Below, piece after piece: positions 9,782 through 22,590 of a stretch of 64,000 nucleotides of DNA (the first letter of the stretch is position 1; each line of letters opens with the position of its first letter). The position numbers were made by a program, and so were the translations under genes. Origin of the DNA: an uncultured Cytophagia bacterium. Lineage in GTDB: Bacteria > Zhuqueibacterota > Zhuqueibacteria > Thermofontimicrobiales > Thiofontviventaceae. Location: NCBI GenBank assembly GCA_964498785.1, contig CAZCJL010000004.1, positions 19,176-83,175 of the forward strand. The letters run 5' to 3'. The notes under the pieces were generated by a model. The model was not told the DNA's origin and ran no database searches. It worked only from the letters and a program-made list of their open reading frames with translations.

Positions 9782-10435
9782 TTATACTGATTTTTTTAAT
9801 AATTGAATTGATTTTTTAACATTTTTTGAACTAAAAATTGCCGATCCGGCGACCAATACATTCGCACCAGCCTCAACAACAAGCGGAGCGGTTTCAGGAT
9901 CAATGCCGCCATCGACTTCCAAATAGACGCCAGGATTTATTGACTCAATCATTTCAGCAATTTTTTTGATTTTGGACAGAGATCCTTCAATAAAAGCCTG
10001 CCCACCAAAACCCGGGTTTACACTCATGACAAGAACAAGATCGACTTCTGAAATTACTGCTTCAATAGACGCCGCAGATGTCCCGGGATTTAAAGTGATA
10101 CCAGCGCTTATGCCATGTTCTTTAATCATATTCAGAGTTCGGTGTATATGCGTTATCGCCTCGATGTGAACAGTCAATCGATCTGCTCCGGCCTCTACGA
10201 AACCTGGAATCAACACATCGGGTTCATCAACCATGAGATGAACATCCAGTGGCAACGTTGTAAGTTGTTTTACCCAATTCACGATTTTTGGACCAAATGT
10301 CATATTCGGAACAAATTGCCCATCCATAACATCCACATGTATCCAGTCTGCGCCATTATCTTCAACAAGTTTTAATTGTTCCTGCAAGCGACTAAAGTCT
10401 GCCGATAAAATCGAAGGTGCTATTTTGATCATCAA
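9782..10435 (-). CDS. rpe: Ribulose-phosphate 3-epimerase
   Basis: IAPSILSADF, HVDVMDGQFVPNMTFG, DVHLMV, MSVNPGFGGQ, EVDGGI. Confidence 0.97.
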   Translation of the reverse strand: MMIKIAPSILSADFSRLQEQLKLVEDNGADWIHVDVMDGQFVPNMTFGPKIVNWVKQLTTLPLDVHLMVDEPDVLIPGFVEAGADRLTVHIEAITHIHRTLNMIKEHGISAGITLNPGTSAASIEAVISEVDLVLVMSVNPGFGGQAFIEGSLSKIKKIAEMIESINPGVYLEVDGGIDPETAPLVVEAGANVLVAGSAIFSSKNVKKSIQLLKKSV

Positions 10436-10437
10436 AT

Positions 10438-11208
10438 TTAATCCTCCATTTCTGTGGCAAGTTTGCTAACTAATAAATTCAGAGTATCTCCTTGTGTAAC
10501 TTCTGTGTTTGGTTCCAGGGACTGATCAATAATTGTTTCCGGTAATAAATCATCATTAACTTGATAACTTACATTGCCAAATGTTAATCCAGATTGATAA
10601 ATTATTTTTCGAGCGTCTTTTAAGCTTCTGCCAATCAAGTGTGGAACGATAAATTTATCCGGGAATTGCCCCAGACTAACGACGAGATCAATTGTTCTGC
10701 CTATTTTTACTTCCTCGCCAATCTGTATCGACTGGTGCATTACCACACCAGCCGGGAAATGTTCTGAGTGTTCGTAGGTAACATAACGAACATTCAACCC
10801 AGATCCCTTAATTTCAAAAATAGCATTCTTTTCCGAATTCCCAATCAGACGCGGCATCTCCAGAGTCGGTTCGCCCTTACTGACAATGACGTAAATTCGT
10901 CTCCCTTTTTTAACTTTGTAATAGGGCCGCGGATTTTGAGAAATAACAATACCGCTTCGAAAGCTGGCGTCAAATTTTTTTGCCTGTTCCACAATTTTCA
11001 GATCATTCTGTTTGAGCAAAGTTCTGGCGCCTTCATAAGTCATTTCCACAATATTTGGTACTTCAACTTCCTGCCCATGGCGTGTATATGCTGGCATGAT
11101 AAAATCATTTATTAAAATATATAAGATCAGGATTGATAAAAACGGGATTATAAAATATTTTGATTTTTCCCATTTAATTTGCACTAATATCCTGTCTGCT
11201 AAATTCAT
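10438..11208 (-). CDS. Membrane-anchored PASTA-domain protein (three PASTA repeats)
   Basis: N-terminal TM helix, then VPNIVEM, MPRLIG and VPHLIGRS repeats, each with a VISQ.P-type motif. Confidence 0.88.
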   Translation of the reverse strand: MNLADRILVQIKWEKSKYFIIPFLSILILYILINDFIMPAYTRHGQEVEVPNIVEMTYEGARTLLKQNDLKIVEQAKKFDASFRSGIVISQNPRPYYKVKKGRRIYVIVSKGEPTLEMPRLIGNSEKNAIFEIKGSGLNVRYVTYEHSEHFPAGVVMHQSIQIGEEVKIGRTIDLVVSLGQFPDKFIVPHLIGRSLKDARKIIYQSGLTFGNVSYQVNDDLLPETIIDQSLEPNTEVTQGDTLNLLVSKLATEMED

Positions 11209-11217
11209 CGTTTTACC

Positions 11218-12543
11218 TCAACCTGTGTTAATAAGCCTTGTTGCAAAAGATCCATCGATGTGATGAATGTGTGGAATTGTAAAAATATATTTATTTTCTT
11301 TTAATAATTTTTGATGAAATCGATCTGCCGGAAAATCGATTTTAAATTCCGGATGATCTTTCATAAATCGTTGTACTTGTCGCTCGTTTTCTTCCGGTTC
11401 AATTGTGCATGTGCTGTAAATTAAGTGCCCCCCTGTTTTAACAAGCCCGGCTGCATTATTCAAAATAGCTCTTTGAACAATTCCAAGCTCAAACAATTGT
11501 TCCGGCGTTTTTTTCCATCTGGCGTCACTCCTTTTGGCAAGCACTCCCAAACCAGAGCATGGCGCATCGATAAGAACTTTGTCAGATTTGATCCCGGATA
11601 TTTGTGACGCGTCTGCATTCACCAGAAAAATCGTATCGTGCCCCAGTCTTTGCGTGGCATGCCGGACAAGCTGCAATCGATTTAAATGAATATCAACAGC
11701 AATAATACGACCTGAATTATTAGATAATTCAGCGAGATGCATTGTTTTACCACCTGGCGCTGCGCATAAATCAAGTACCAATTCGCCGGGCTGCGGATCA
11801 ACGAGCCTGGCAATCAGGGCAGCGCTTTCATCCTGAATTGAAAATAGGCCATCCTGAAACAAAGGAAAGTTATCTAAGTTTGGTAATCTTTCAGTAATTA
11901 AACATTCGTTCACATAAGCGCTGTTCGTCGTTTCAATATCAAATTTTTGTAATCTGATTTGTAAATCCTGTACCGATATTTTTCGTGTATTGACACGCAA
12001 AGAATGTTTCGGCGGAATATTATTAATTTGAAGCAAATTTTTTGTCTCTTCAAATCCCAATCGCTCGAACCATTTCTTTACAAGCCACGCCGGATGTGAA
12101 TATCGAATGGCCAAATATTCGACTGGTTTTGTTTTAACATCCGGGTACTCGATTTCATTCAGATTTCGGGCAATTGAGCGCAGGATTGCATTCACCTTCC
12201 GGCCCCAAAACGCACCTTTTAATTTCTTTGTTAACGCGACTGCTTCAGAAATAGCTGCATAATGCGGGACTTTATCCAGGAAAATCATCTGGTATAATGC
12301 AGTTCTCAGCACATTTTTGATTTTGAGCGGGCATTTTTCATAATCCCCTTGAAAATAAATGCGAATAATCCAATCAAGCCGCGACAGCCATCGTATCGTC
12401 CCGTTCACCAATTCAGTCACAAAATGACGATCCAGGACAGACATGTTTGTGTCGGATAATTCATGCGCTAAAGTAATATCAGCATAAGCACTGGTATTTT
12501 CAATGCGATTTAAAATCTGTACCGCCAGGTATCGAGCCTGCAT
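11218..12543 (-). CDS. rsmB: 16S rRNA m5C967 methyltransferase with N-terminal NusB-like domain
   Basis: ELVNGTIRW, YSHPAW, IQDESA, DLCAAPGGKT, DAPCSGLG, YSTCT. Confidence 0.93.
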   Translation of the reverse strand: MQARYLAVQILNRIENTSAYADITLAHELSDTNMSVLDRHFVTELVNGTIRWLSRLDWIIRIYFQGDYEKCPLKIKNVLRTALYQMIFLDKVPHYAAISEAVALTKKLKGAFWGRKVNAILRSIARNLNEIEYPDVKTKPVEYLAIRYSHPAWLVKKWFERLGFEETKNLLQINNIPPKHSLRVNTRKISVQDLQIRLQKFDIETTNSAYVNECLITERLPNLDNFPLFQDGLFSIQDESAALIARLVDPQPGELVLDLCAAPGGKTMHLAELSNNSGRIIAVDIHLNRLQLVRHATQRLGHDTIFLVNADASQISGIKSDKVLIDAPCSGLGVLAKRSDARWKKTPEQLFELGIVQRAILNNAAGLVKTGGHLIYSTCTIEPEENERQVQRFMKDHPEFKIDFPADRFHQKLLKENKYIFTIPHIHHIDGSFATRLINTG

Positions 12544-13101
12544 TCACTCCCTTTTCTTCAATTGCTGTTCTAGCATTTTTTCTAATTTTTTAGCTAAATC
12601 CGAATCATACCCTGTTGTCATCCAGATTAAATCGCCATCCTGATTAATCACAAATATTCGCGGCACCGAAGTGACCCCGTATTTTTTAGCGACAACCGCA
12701 TAGCGATCAAGCAATACTGGTAAGGAGAATCCTTTTTCTTGCAAATAACGTTTCACTTCGTCTTCGGATTCACCATAATTTATCAGAAATGTTATTAAGT
12801 CAGTATCGGCAAATTTCGTTGCTAATTTTTCGAGAATCGGAATTTCTTTGAGACAGGGCTTACAGTAACTTGCAAAAAAACTGAGGACGACAACATGTTT
12901 TATTTTATTTTTCCAGGGTTGACGAAGATTCCCACAATAATCCCGCAGGAAAACATCCTGACCATTCAAATCGCGCAGCACGAAAATCGGAGCCGGTTTA
13001 TTTAATTCAATATGATTTTGTGACTCCATTGAAAAAAGCTGATTCAGCATTAGAGATAAAAAAATGACACAAAAAAGGATATTTTTTCGGATCATTCTCA
13101 T
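12544..13101 (-). CDS. TlpA/ResA-like thioredoxin-fold protein
   Basis: Signal peptide; FFASYCKPCLKEIP CxxC motif; YGVTSVPRIFVI. Confidence 0.85.
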   Translation of the reverse strand: MRMIRKNILFCVIFLSLMLNQLFSMESQNHIELNKPAPIFVLRDLNGQDVFLRDYCGNLRQPWKNKIKHVVVLSFFASYCKPCLKEIPILEKLATKFADTDLITFLINYGESEDEVKRYLQEKGFSLPVLLDRYAVVAKKYGVTSVPRIFVINQDGDLIWMTTGYDSDLAKKLEKMLEQQLKKRE

Positions 13102-13123
13102 CCATCGGATTTAGTTATAACTA

Positions 13124-13294
13124 CATTATTCACAATCGTACCACAGAAGCACAGCGGTCACAGAGAAATAATAACTTGTGTGAAATTACTTTTCAAACTG
13201 AGTTAAGAAAAATTCGAGTTACTATTGTTTGCGTAACGTTTTGAAAATAAAAACTCTGTGTACTCTGAGCCTCTGTGGCTATGACTTTTTCAGG
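13124..13294. mobile_element. Non-coding dispersed repeat (MITE-like), copy 1
   Basis: Homologous to 32006-32163. Internal 25-bp imperfect inverted repeats: ccacagaagcacagcggtcacagag (13141-13165) / ctctgtgtactctgagcctctgtgg (13254-13278). Confidence 0.7.
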
Positions 13295-13311
13295 ATAAAT
13301 TAATATTTTCA

Positions 13312-14244
13312 TTACTCGAAAAATTGACCAGGCTGCACCTGATGGCCTCTTAAAAATTCGGCGCTCGTCATTCGTCGTTTGCATTCAGGTTGTAACTCAA
13401 CAATCGAAATAACGCCCTGGCCGGTGGCAATATGTAATTTTCCTGTTTTATCGGCTTTAATGATAGTACCCGGTTTAACGTTCGGTTCGCAATCAAAAGA
13501 CTCAATATGCGCATAGCATATTTTCATTTCACTGCCTTCATACATAGTGTAGGCCCGCGGATATGGCGAAAGCCCGCGAATCAAATTAAAAATTGATCGT
13601 GCATCTTTTGTCCAGTCTATCCGGCACAACTCTTTTGTAACCTTGGGAGCCAGGGTTGGTGTGCCTTTCTGTTTTTGGGGATGCATATTTCCCTGCTCAA
13701 TTAAATCCAGAGATTCTACTAACATTTGGGCGCCTGCCAAACACATACGGTCATGCAACTCGCCGGCTGTTTCTTCCGGGTCGATGAAGATATCACGCAT
13801 TTGAATAATAGCGCCCCGGTCAACTCTTTTTTCAATAAAGAAAGTTGTTAGTCCTGTTTTTTCTTCTCCGTTAATAATTGCCCAATTAATAGGAGCTGCG
13901 CCACGATATTTCGGAAGCAGTGATCCATGTAAGTTGATTGTTCCTTTTGGTGGAAGTGTAAAAACAGATACCGGTAAAATTCTAAACGCCACGACAACAA
14001 AAATATCTGCGCCAAATTGTTTTAATTCGGATATAAAATTCACATCTGTCAGTTTTAAGGGAGTGAGCACAGGGAGACCTTGCTCCAGAGCACATTTTTT
14101 AATCGGAGTTGGGCTCACCCTCTGCCCTCTGCCAACCGGCTTGTCCACTCCAGTGACAACAGCAACCACCTGATGCTTACTTTTAATTAGTTCTTTTAGG
14201 CTGGGAATGGCAAACTCCGGTGTTCCCATGAAAATCAATTTCAT
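13312..14244 (-). CDS. fmt: Methionyl-tRNA formyltransferase
   Basis: IFMGTPEFA, VVVAF, INLHGSLLPKYRGAAPI. Confidence 0.97.
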   Translation of the reverse strand: MKLIFMGTPEFAIPSLKELIKSKHQVVAVVTGVDKPVGRGQRVSPTPIKKCALEQGLPVLTPLKLTDVNFISELKQFGADIFVVVAFRILPVSVFTLPPKGTINLHGSLLPKYRGAAPINWAIINGEEKTGLTTFFIEKRVDRGAIIQMRDIFIDPEETAGELHDRMCLAGAQMLVESLDLIEQGNMHPQKQKGTPTLAPKVTKELCRIDWTKDARSIFNLIRGLSPYPRAYTMYEGSEMKICYAHIESFDCEPNVKPGTIIKADKTGKLHIATGQGVISIVELQPECKRRMTSAEFLRGHQVQPGQFFE

Positions 14245-14284
14245 AATGCGAACTCTTTAAATTGAAATAATCAATTATAACAAA

Positions 14285-14806
14285 TCATACAGCAGCATTT
14301 TCTACCATTTCTTCTTCTGCAATCTGGCGCAATTGTTTTTGCAGTAATTTCCGTTTCATCGCTCCGATTCTATCTACAAAAAAAATACCGTGCAAATGAT
14401 CAATTTCATGTTGAAAAACGCGAGCTTTTAATCCATCCAGATCTTTTTCATGAATATTTCCCTGAACATCCTGATATTTTACCCGAATAAATTCCGGCCG
14501 TTTTACTTCTTCCCGAATATCAGGAACACTCAAGCAACCTTCTTCAACAACCGATTCTCCACTCGAGCTTAAAATTTCAGGATTAATAATTGCTTCCGGT
14601 TCGCCATTTTCTTCAATCAGGCTATTATCAATAACAAAAAACGATTTTGAAACAGCAACCTGCGGCGCTGCAAGCCCAATTCCTTCTCCTTCTTGCATGA
14701 CTATAATCATATCATTAATGGTATTCCGAAGTTCATCGTCAATTTTTGTGACAGCCTTTGATTTCATCCGAAGAATCGGATTTCCATATTTGATAATTTT
14801 CATCAT
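14285..14806 (-). CDS. def: Peptide deformylase
   Basis: GIGLAAPQV, EEGCLSVP, QHEIDHL. Confidence 0.97.
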   Translation of the reverse strand: MMKIIKYGNPILRMKSKAVTKIDDELRNTINDMIIVMQEGEGIGLAAPQVAVSKSFFVIDNSLIEENGEPEAIINPEILSSSGESVVEEGCLSVPDIREEVKRPEFIRVKYQDVQGNIHEKDLDGLKARVFQHEIDHLHGIFFVDRIGAMKRKLLQKQLRQIAEEEMVENAAV

Positions 14807-14808
14807 TT

Positions 14809-15135
14809 TTATTCAGATCCTAATACTTTTGCAATCGATGTTTTTGCAAGTTCAATTTTGGTATTATCTGCTATTTTTAAAATTAACGTTCCTTCTTTCT
14901 CTTTAATTCCTGCAATGGTTGCGAATATGCCGCCGACTGTGATAACTTTATCGCCTTTTTTTAAAGATTCGATCATCTGTTTCTGCTCTTTCTGTTTTTT
15001 CATCTGTGGCCGAAAAATGAGAAAATACATAATAAGAAAGATTAAGATAATCGGAAAAAAGAAACCAATAGTACTACCTTGTCCCTGTCCGCCACCAGCG
15101 GCTCCGGTCATAAGCATTACAAATAGAAAATTCAC
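14809..15135 (-). CDS. yajC: Preprotein translocase subunit YajC
   Basis: YFLIFRPQMKKQKE, LKKGDKVITVGGI; adjacent to tgt. Confidence 0.95.
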   Translation of the reverse strand: MNFLFVMLMTGAAGGGQGQGSTIGFFFPIILIFLIMYFLIFRPQMKKQKEQKQMIESLKKGDKVITVGGIFATIAGIKEKEGTLILKIADNTKIELAKTSIAKVLGSE

Positions 15136-15138
15136 TGA

Positions 15139-17651
<2,513 letters not shown>

Positions 17652-17957
17652 AAAAAATAAGATATTAAAATTTCCATTAAAAGTCAAGAATATAATTACC
17701 ACATCAAAGCGAAATATCTTATCTCCATGCGAATAAAAAATAAGCACAAGTTATCAACGTGATCAAACAGGAATTCTTAATACAGACATGTGTTAAATCC
17801 CTGACAAAATTCAGGGTCAACCATCAGGATGTTTCTTTGCCTTTCTGCAAAATCTTTGCATCGCTCTGCATTCTTTTCGTTTAAATAATCTACTGGCATC
17901 ATTGAAAATATCGATACAAAAAATTTCCAGACTTTCCTGGTACAAATAAAATATCCC

Positions 17958-17986
17958 TTGCTTGTTTTTATGAATTTTATTATTAT
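17958..17986 (+). promoter_or_regulatory. Putative sigma70-type promoter
   Basis: TTGCTT (17958-17963), 17 bp, TATTAT (17981-17986), 30 bp upstream of the ATG at 18016. Confidence 0.5.
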
Positions 17987-18015
17987 AGAGCGGTGAGCAT
18001 TGATTACGGTCTAAA

Positions 18016-18810
18016 ATGAAACCAAGTGGAATAATATCTTTTCTAACTGATTTTGGTGATTCTGACGGCTATGCTGGCATCATGAAGGCAGTTATTATGT
18101 CAATTCATCCGACTGCGCGTTTGGTTGATATTTCGAATCACGTAAGCAAATATGATATTCGCTCAGCCGCGTTTATGTTACATTATAGCTATCACTATTT
18201 TCCGGCTGGTACTGTGCATTTGGCAATTGTCGATCCCGGAGTGGGAAGCTTACGGCGGGCAATTGCTGTTGAAACCAAAAAATATTTTTTCATCGCACCA
18301 GATAATGGTATTTTGCAATTTATTTTTCAGAATGAAAAAATCCTGAATGCGATTGATATTCAAAATCAAAACTACATGTTCTCAAATATTAGCAAAACAT
18401 TTCATGGCCGGGATATTTTTGCGCCAGTAGCAGCTTATTTATCTAAAGGTTTGTCAATAAGTGATCTGGGCCCGCGAATATCAGATTTCGATAAAGGGAA
18501 CATCGCATCACCAGAGATTCATTCTGAAAAAATCATCGGTACTTTCATTTATATTGATCATTTTGGCAATCTGATTTCCAATATTCCAGCAGATTTAATT
18601 TATAATCGATCTATTTTAATTTCATTCTCCGGATATACGATCCATAATCTGACGGAAGCCTATTCTCAGGGATCACATTCGCAGCCGCTCGCTATCATTG
18701 GAAGTTCAGGTTATCTGGAAATTGCCGTCAATCAACAAAGCGCAAAACAGCTTTTAAACGTCACTATCGGAGACCGAATAACTATTTTTTTCAACGAATA
18801 TGGTGATTAA
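18016..18810 (+). CDS. SAM hydroxide adenosyltransferase / chlorinase-fluorinase family (DUF62)
   Basis: FLTDFG..DGY, HLAIVDPGVGS.RR, APDNG.L, TFHGRDIFAP, YIDHFGNL.SNI, GYLEIAVN. Confidence 0.9.
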   Translation: MKPSGIISFLTDFGDSDGYAGIMKAVIMSIHPTARLVDISNHVSKYDIRSAAFMLHYSYHYFPAGTVHLAIVDPGVGSLRRAIAVETKKYFFIAPDNGILQFIFQNEKILNAIDIQNQNYMFSNISKTFHGRDIFAPVAAYLSKGLSISDLGPRISDFDKGNIASPEIHSEKIIGTFIYIDHFGNLISNIPADLIYNRSILISFSGYTIHNLTEAYSQGSHSQPLAIIGSSGYLEIAVNQQSAKQLLNVTIGDRITIFFNEYGD

Positions 18811-18812
18811 TT

Positions 18813-19697
18813 ATGCAAAATTATGAATCTGACATGACTTATTTTAACTATCAGGAATATCAAAAAACCGGGCATGCGTTTACTCAGAAAATTAGAAGCA
18901 ATAAATTATTGATTCATTCTGTGCTTTTTGTGCTAACGATTGGATCTACATGGTTGGCGCATGGTATCTGGTATGCGCTTGCCATTATCAGCATTTTACT
19001 GGCGCACGAAATGGGTCATTATTTGATGTGTCGCAGATACAATATCCCGGCGACACTCCCCTATTTCCTGCCATTTCCATTTCCCGGGTTAAATCCATTT
19101 GGAACAATGGGCGCGGTCATAAAAATGGAAGGCAGAATTCCCAATCGTAAAGCACTGTTTGATGTGGGAGCAGCCGGCCCGATCGCAGGACTCATTTTAA
19201 CAATACCCGCACTTATCATTGGATTAAAATTATCGACTGTGATCAAAGTTGAGCAAACTCCGGAATTTAGCATCTATTTGGGAGAATCGTTTCTTTTCTC
19301 CCAGTTATCCAATTTAATCATCGGAAACCTCGAAGATGGCTATGATGTTGTACTCCATCCGGTTGCATTTGCCGGCTGGGCCGGATTATTCGTCACCGCA
19401 CTGAATTTACTGCCTATTGGCCAACTCGACGGCGGCCACATTTTATATGCAATATTTGGTCGTAACAGTAAAAACATTTATAAATTATCCTTATTTGGTT
19501 TTGTTTTTATCTGTGCCATCTGGTACCAGGGCTGGCTGCTGTTAATTCTTTTATTAATATGGTTCGGCTTTCGTCATCCGCCACCGATTGACGATTACAC
19601 CAAATTAGATAAAAAACGTCGGTTGATTGGTTATATCATTTTTATAATTTTTCTTATTTCATTTACACCGGTTCCATTTAAGTTAGCAGGTTCTTAA
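18813..19697 (+). CDS. Site-2 protease (M50) family membrane metalloprotease
   Basis: HEMGH, AAGPIAG, LNLLPIGQLDGGH. Confidence 0.9.
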   Translation: MQNYESDMTYFNYQEYQKTGHAFTQKIRSNKLLIHSVLFVLTIGSTWLAHGIWYALAIISILLAHEMGHYLMCRRYNIPATLPYFLPFPFPGLNPFGTMGAVIKMEGRIPNRKALFDVGAAGPIAGLILTIPALIIGLKLSTVIKVEQTPEFSIYLGESFLFSQLSNLIIGNLEDGYDVVLHPVAFAGWAGLFVTALNLLPIGQLDGGHILYAIFGRNSKNIYKLSLFGFVFICAIWYQGWLLLILLLIWFGFRHPPPIDDYTKLDKKRRLIGYIIFIIFLISFTPVPFKLAGS

Positions 19698-19715
19698 ATA
19701 TAATCTGGGAATAAT

Positions 19716-20582
19716 ATGGCTATTAAAGATTTTTTCTTTAAAAAAAAGGTTTTAATTACTTTTTTTATTGTTCTTTTATCTATCATTATTGAATTTACGT
19801 TTGATCCCATCGAAATTATTCTGGGCGAGCTATTGGAAGCAACTAACCCTCTTCGGCCGAAATCCGGTACGATCTGGGAATTGAGTGAAAAAAACCTGGG
19901 AGCTGCGGAAAATCTTTCGCAAATTTCTATTGAAACAGATACTGAAAAAAGCGCGCCAGAGGTAGATACAGTCTATAAACTTAAAGTCGCTTTAGAAAAA
20001 AATGAGATCGTTCTAATCTCTGCTGATCAATTCCTGAAAATTTATAATATGCTACCCTCTGCTGCTGCCGGTCAAATCATTTCACCGTTTGATCTGCTGA
20101 AATTTTCGTATGAGCAAACATGGGCTTGGACAAAAGTGAGCAAGAACGATAGTCGTTTAAGTATTTTCTTCTTAAGAGGTGATAACGAAATATTGATCGA
20201 CAGCTATCCTGATATCTCTGTTTTATATGAACGATCAATTTCCGGGGAAAGCGCCAAAAAGTCCCTTGATTCAATACCGGAATTTATGGGCCGAACCTTT
20301 TCTGCGCAACAATTCTTCCAGGCATTTAACAAACTTCCCCGGCCAACAAAACTTCAACTGATTAACAATCCGTATCAACTTCTTAAATGGCATCAACATA
20401 TCAGCAGAGTTGGCATTGCCAACCAGATTCATGAATATACGATTCAAATCGGATTTGAAGTTGCAGACCAGCTCACTACAAAAATTTACACGTTTCAGGC
20501 AAGTACGATTGCTGCAAATCATTTCATCAATCAACTTAATTCGCTTTACCCTGATTTAAAATTGAAAATGCCGGAGTTTTAA
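19716..20582 (+). CDS. Hypothetical membrane-anchored protein with an internal duplication
   Basis: 288-aa ORF in operon position; N-terminal hydrophobic helix; two similar segments (ISADQFLKIYNMLP...QIISPFDLLKF / FSAQQFFQAFNKLP...QLINNPYQLLKW). Confidence 0.75.
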   Translation: MAIKDFFFKKKVLITFFIVLLSIIIEFTFDPIEIILGELLEATNPLRPKSGTIWELSEKNLGAAENLSQISIETDTEKSAPEVDTVYKLKVALEKNEIVLISADQFLKIYNMLPSAAAGQIISPFDLLKFSYEQTWAWTKVSKNDSRLSIFFLRGDNEILIDSYPDISVLYERSISGESAKKSLDSIPEFMGRTFSAQQFFQAFNKLPRPTKLQLINNPYQLLKWHQHISRVGIANQIHEYTIQIGFEVADQLTTKIYTFQASTIAANHFINQLNSLYPDLKLKMPEF

Positions 20583-20585
20583 CGA

Positions 20586-22586
20586 ATGAATATTCGAGAG
20601 TTCAATTTAAAGAAAATATCTGTTTACACTTTTATAATTCTCCTTTTTGTATTTGTTATTATGTTTCTGAAAATTATTTTTTCATTGCCCAGGCTTCCTG
20701 ATAATTTAAATCAAATTGCGCTAAGCAATCCAACTGAAATTTTTTCAGATTCAGGCGAATTGATCTCCGTTCTTTCAAACCGTCAGATTGTTGCGCTCGA
20801 TCAGATTTCCGACGATTTCAAGAACGCGATTATGGCCATGGAAGATGGTGAATTCCGCAGCCATCACGGGCTTAACAAAAAGGGCATCGTTCGAGCTATG
20901 CTTTCAAATGTGCGACATCTGCGAATAATAACTGGCGGCAGCAGTATTACACAGCAACTTGCCAAGAACTTATTTTTTAGCTTTGATCGCGTTTGGGGGC
21001 GCAAACTAAAGGAAATGCTCGTCGCGATGCAAATGGAACGACGCTATACAAAGGACGACATTTTAGAAAGTTATTGCAATCAAATTTATTTCGGATCAAA
21101 TGCGTACGGAATCGAGTTGGCCGCACAAACATATTTCGCGAAACATGCCGACGAACTAACGCTTGCCGAATCCGCTTTCCTGGCAAATTTACCAAACTGG
21201 CCAACACAGTATAATCCATACAAAAATTACAATCTCGCTAAAAAACGTCAACAAATCGTGCTGAATCGGATGTTGGAAGAAGGATTTATCACTCCGGAAA
21301 AAATGGAACAAGCCTACGCTGATTCGCTGAATCTGGATCGGCTGAATCAATATTTCGGAAAAACGAGCTATTATGTCGATCACATCAAGAGGCTGGCTGA
21401 AGATACATATTCACGACAGATTCTTTATTACGGCGGATTAAAAATCCACACGACTCTTGACACGCGATTGCAAAGTGCGGCTTTTGAGGCCGTAAAAAAA
21501 GGGCTTAACGAACTGGATCAACGGATGGGTCTTCAGGAGTACGATCTGGCATCTACAGAAGACAAAAAAAAATATGTGCAAGCCGCGTTAGTTGCAATCG
21601 ATCCCAGAAACGGTAAAGTGAAAGCCATGGTCGGAGGACGTAATTTTGCCATCAGTCCTTATAACAGGGCAATTGAAGGCAACCGACAGGTCGGATCTGC
21701 TTTTAAACCGTTTACATACATTACCGCGATTGATAAATTCAATTACACGCCAGCAACAGTTGTTGTGGATTCACCGATAACTTTTGAATATGACAACCAG
21801 ACCTGGTCACCGGAAAATTTTGATAATCGATACCACGGTCCGATGACTTTGAAAACAGCACTAACGAAATCAATTAATGTGGTCGCGGCCCGAATAATTT
21901 ATGACATTGGTCCTGAAAACGTTGTTAACTATGCACATCGATTAGGCATACATACGAAATTAAAACCATTGTTATCATTAGCCCTGGGTTCGCAGGAAGT
22001 TTCACCATTGGAAATAGCCGCTGCATATTGTTCATTTGCCAACGGCGGTATTTCCAGAGAAGCTCAATTTTTAAAATTGATAGAAAATTCACAACGTGAA
22101 AGGCTGATGGAAGTCAATAGTTCTGCCAATCGGGCGGTTGATGAGCAATCCATTTATCTGCTCGTGGATATGATGAAAAATGTTGTAAACGAAGGGACTG
22201 CGCGTCGCGTCCGCAGCCTTGGTTTTGACCGACCATGCGCGGGTAAAACAGGAACAACAAACGATGCCCGGGATGCATGGTTCATCGGTTTTACTCCGCA
22301 ATTGGTGACAGCAGTTTGGGTGGGATTCGATCAACCGAAACCATTGCTCGATAAAAATAATCACGAAATTACCAGCGGACCGGCCGCAACTCCGATATGG
22401 ACATATTTCATGAAAGAAGCGCTGAAAAACGAGCGTTATCTGGATTTTACCATTCCGGCTGGAATTACTTTTGAATATGTGGATCCTCGCAGCGGTAAAA
22501 TCGTGTCTCAATACTATGAAAATGCGCAGCAGGTAGCGCTTAAAGCCGGAACTCGTTTACCAAAAAAAGAAATGGCTTCATTTTAA
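20586..22586 (+). CDS. Class A penicillin-binding protein (PBP1A family)
   Basis: GT51 motifs AMEDGEFRSH, GGSSITQQLAKN, RKLKE; transpeptidase GSAFKP, KSINV, AGKTGTT. Confidence 0.94.
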   Translation: MNIREFNLKKISVYTFIILLFVFVIMFLKIIFSLPRLPDNLNQIALSNPTEIFSDSGELISVLSNRQIVALDQISDDFKNAIMAMEDGEFRSHHGLNKKGIVRAMLSNVRHLRIITGGSSITQQLAKNLFFSFDRVWGRKLKEMLVAMQMERRYTKDDILESYCNQIYFGSNAYGIELAAQTYFAKHADELTLAESAFLANLPNWPTQYNPYKNYNLAKKRQQIVLNRMLEEGFITPEKMEQAYADSLNLDRLNQYFGKTSYYVDHIKRLAEDTYSRQILYYGGLKIHTTLDTRLQSAAFEAVKKGLNELDQRMGLQEYDLASTEDKKKYVQAALVAIDPRNGKVKAMVGGRNFAISPYNRAIEGNRQVGSAFKPFTYITAIDKFNYTPATVVVDSPITFEYDNQTWSPENFDNRYHGPMTLKTALTKSINVVAARIIYDIGPENVVNYAHRLGIHTKLKPLLSLALGSQEVSPLEIAAAYCSFANGGISREAQFLKLIENSQRERLMEVNSSANRAVDEQSIYLLVDMMKNVVNEGTARRVRSLGFDRPCAGKTGTTNDARDAWFIGFTPQLVTAVWVGFDQPKPLLDKNNHEITSGPAATPIWTYFMKEALKNERYLDFTIPAGITFEYVDPRSGKIVSQYYENAQQVALKAGTRLPKKEMASF

Positions 22587-22590
22587 AAAA

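Noticed and set aside
17652-17747. N-terminal extension of radA (similar extensions at 776-805, 33263-33364 and 51084-51101)
   Set aside because: A downstream ATG gives the family-typical start. The extensions are low-complexity or overlap the neighbouring gene.
17760-17940. 41-codon minus-strand ORF and small ccctga/tcaggg hairpin in the radA upstream region
   Set aside because: Too short and unsupported; the 6-bp stem is within chance expectation.
18016-18810. Halogenase (fluorinase/chlorinase) secondary-metabolite cluster
   Set aside because: The context is housekeeping with no biosynthetic genes; the widespread SAM-hydrolysing DUF62 type is the simpler call.
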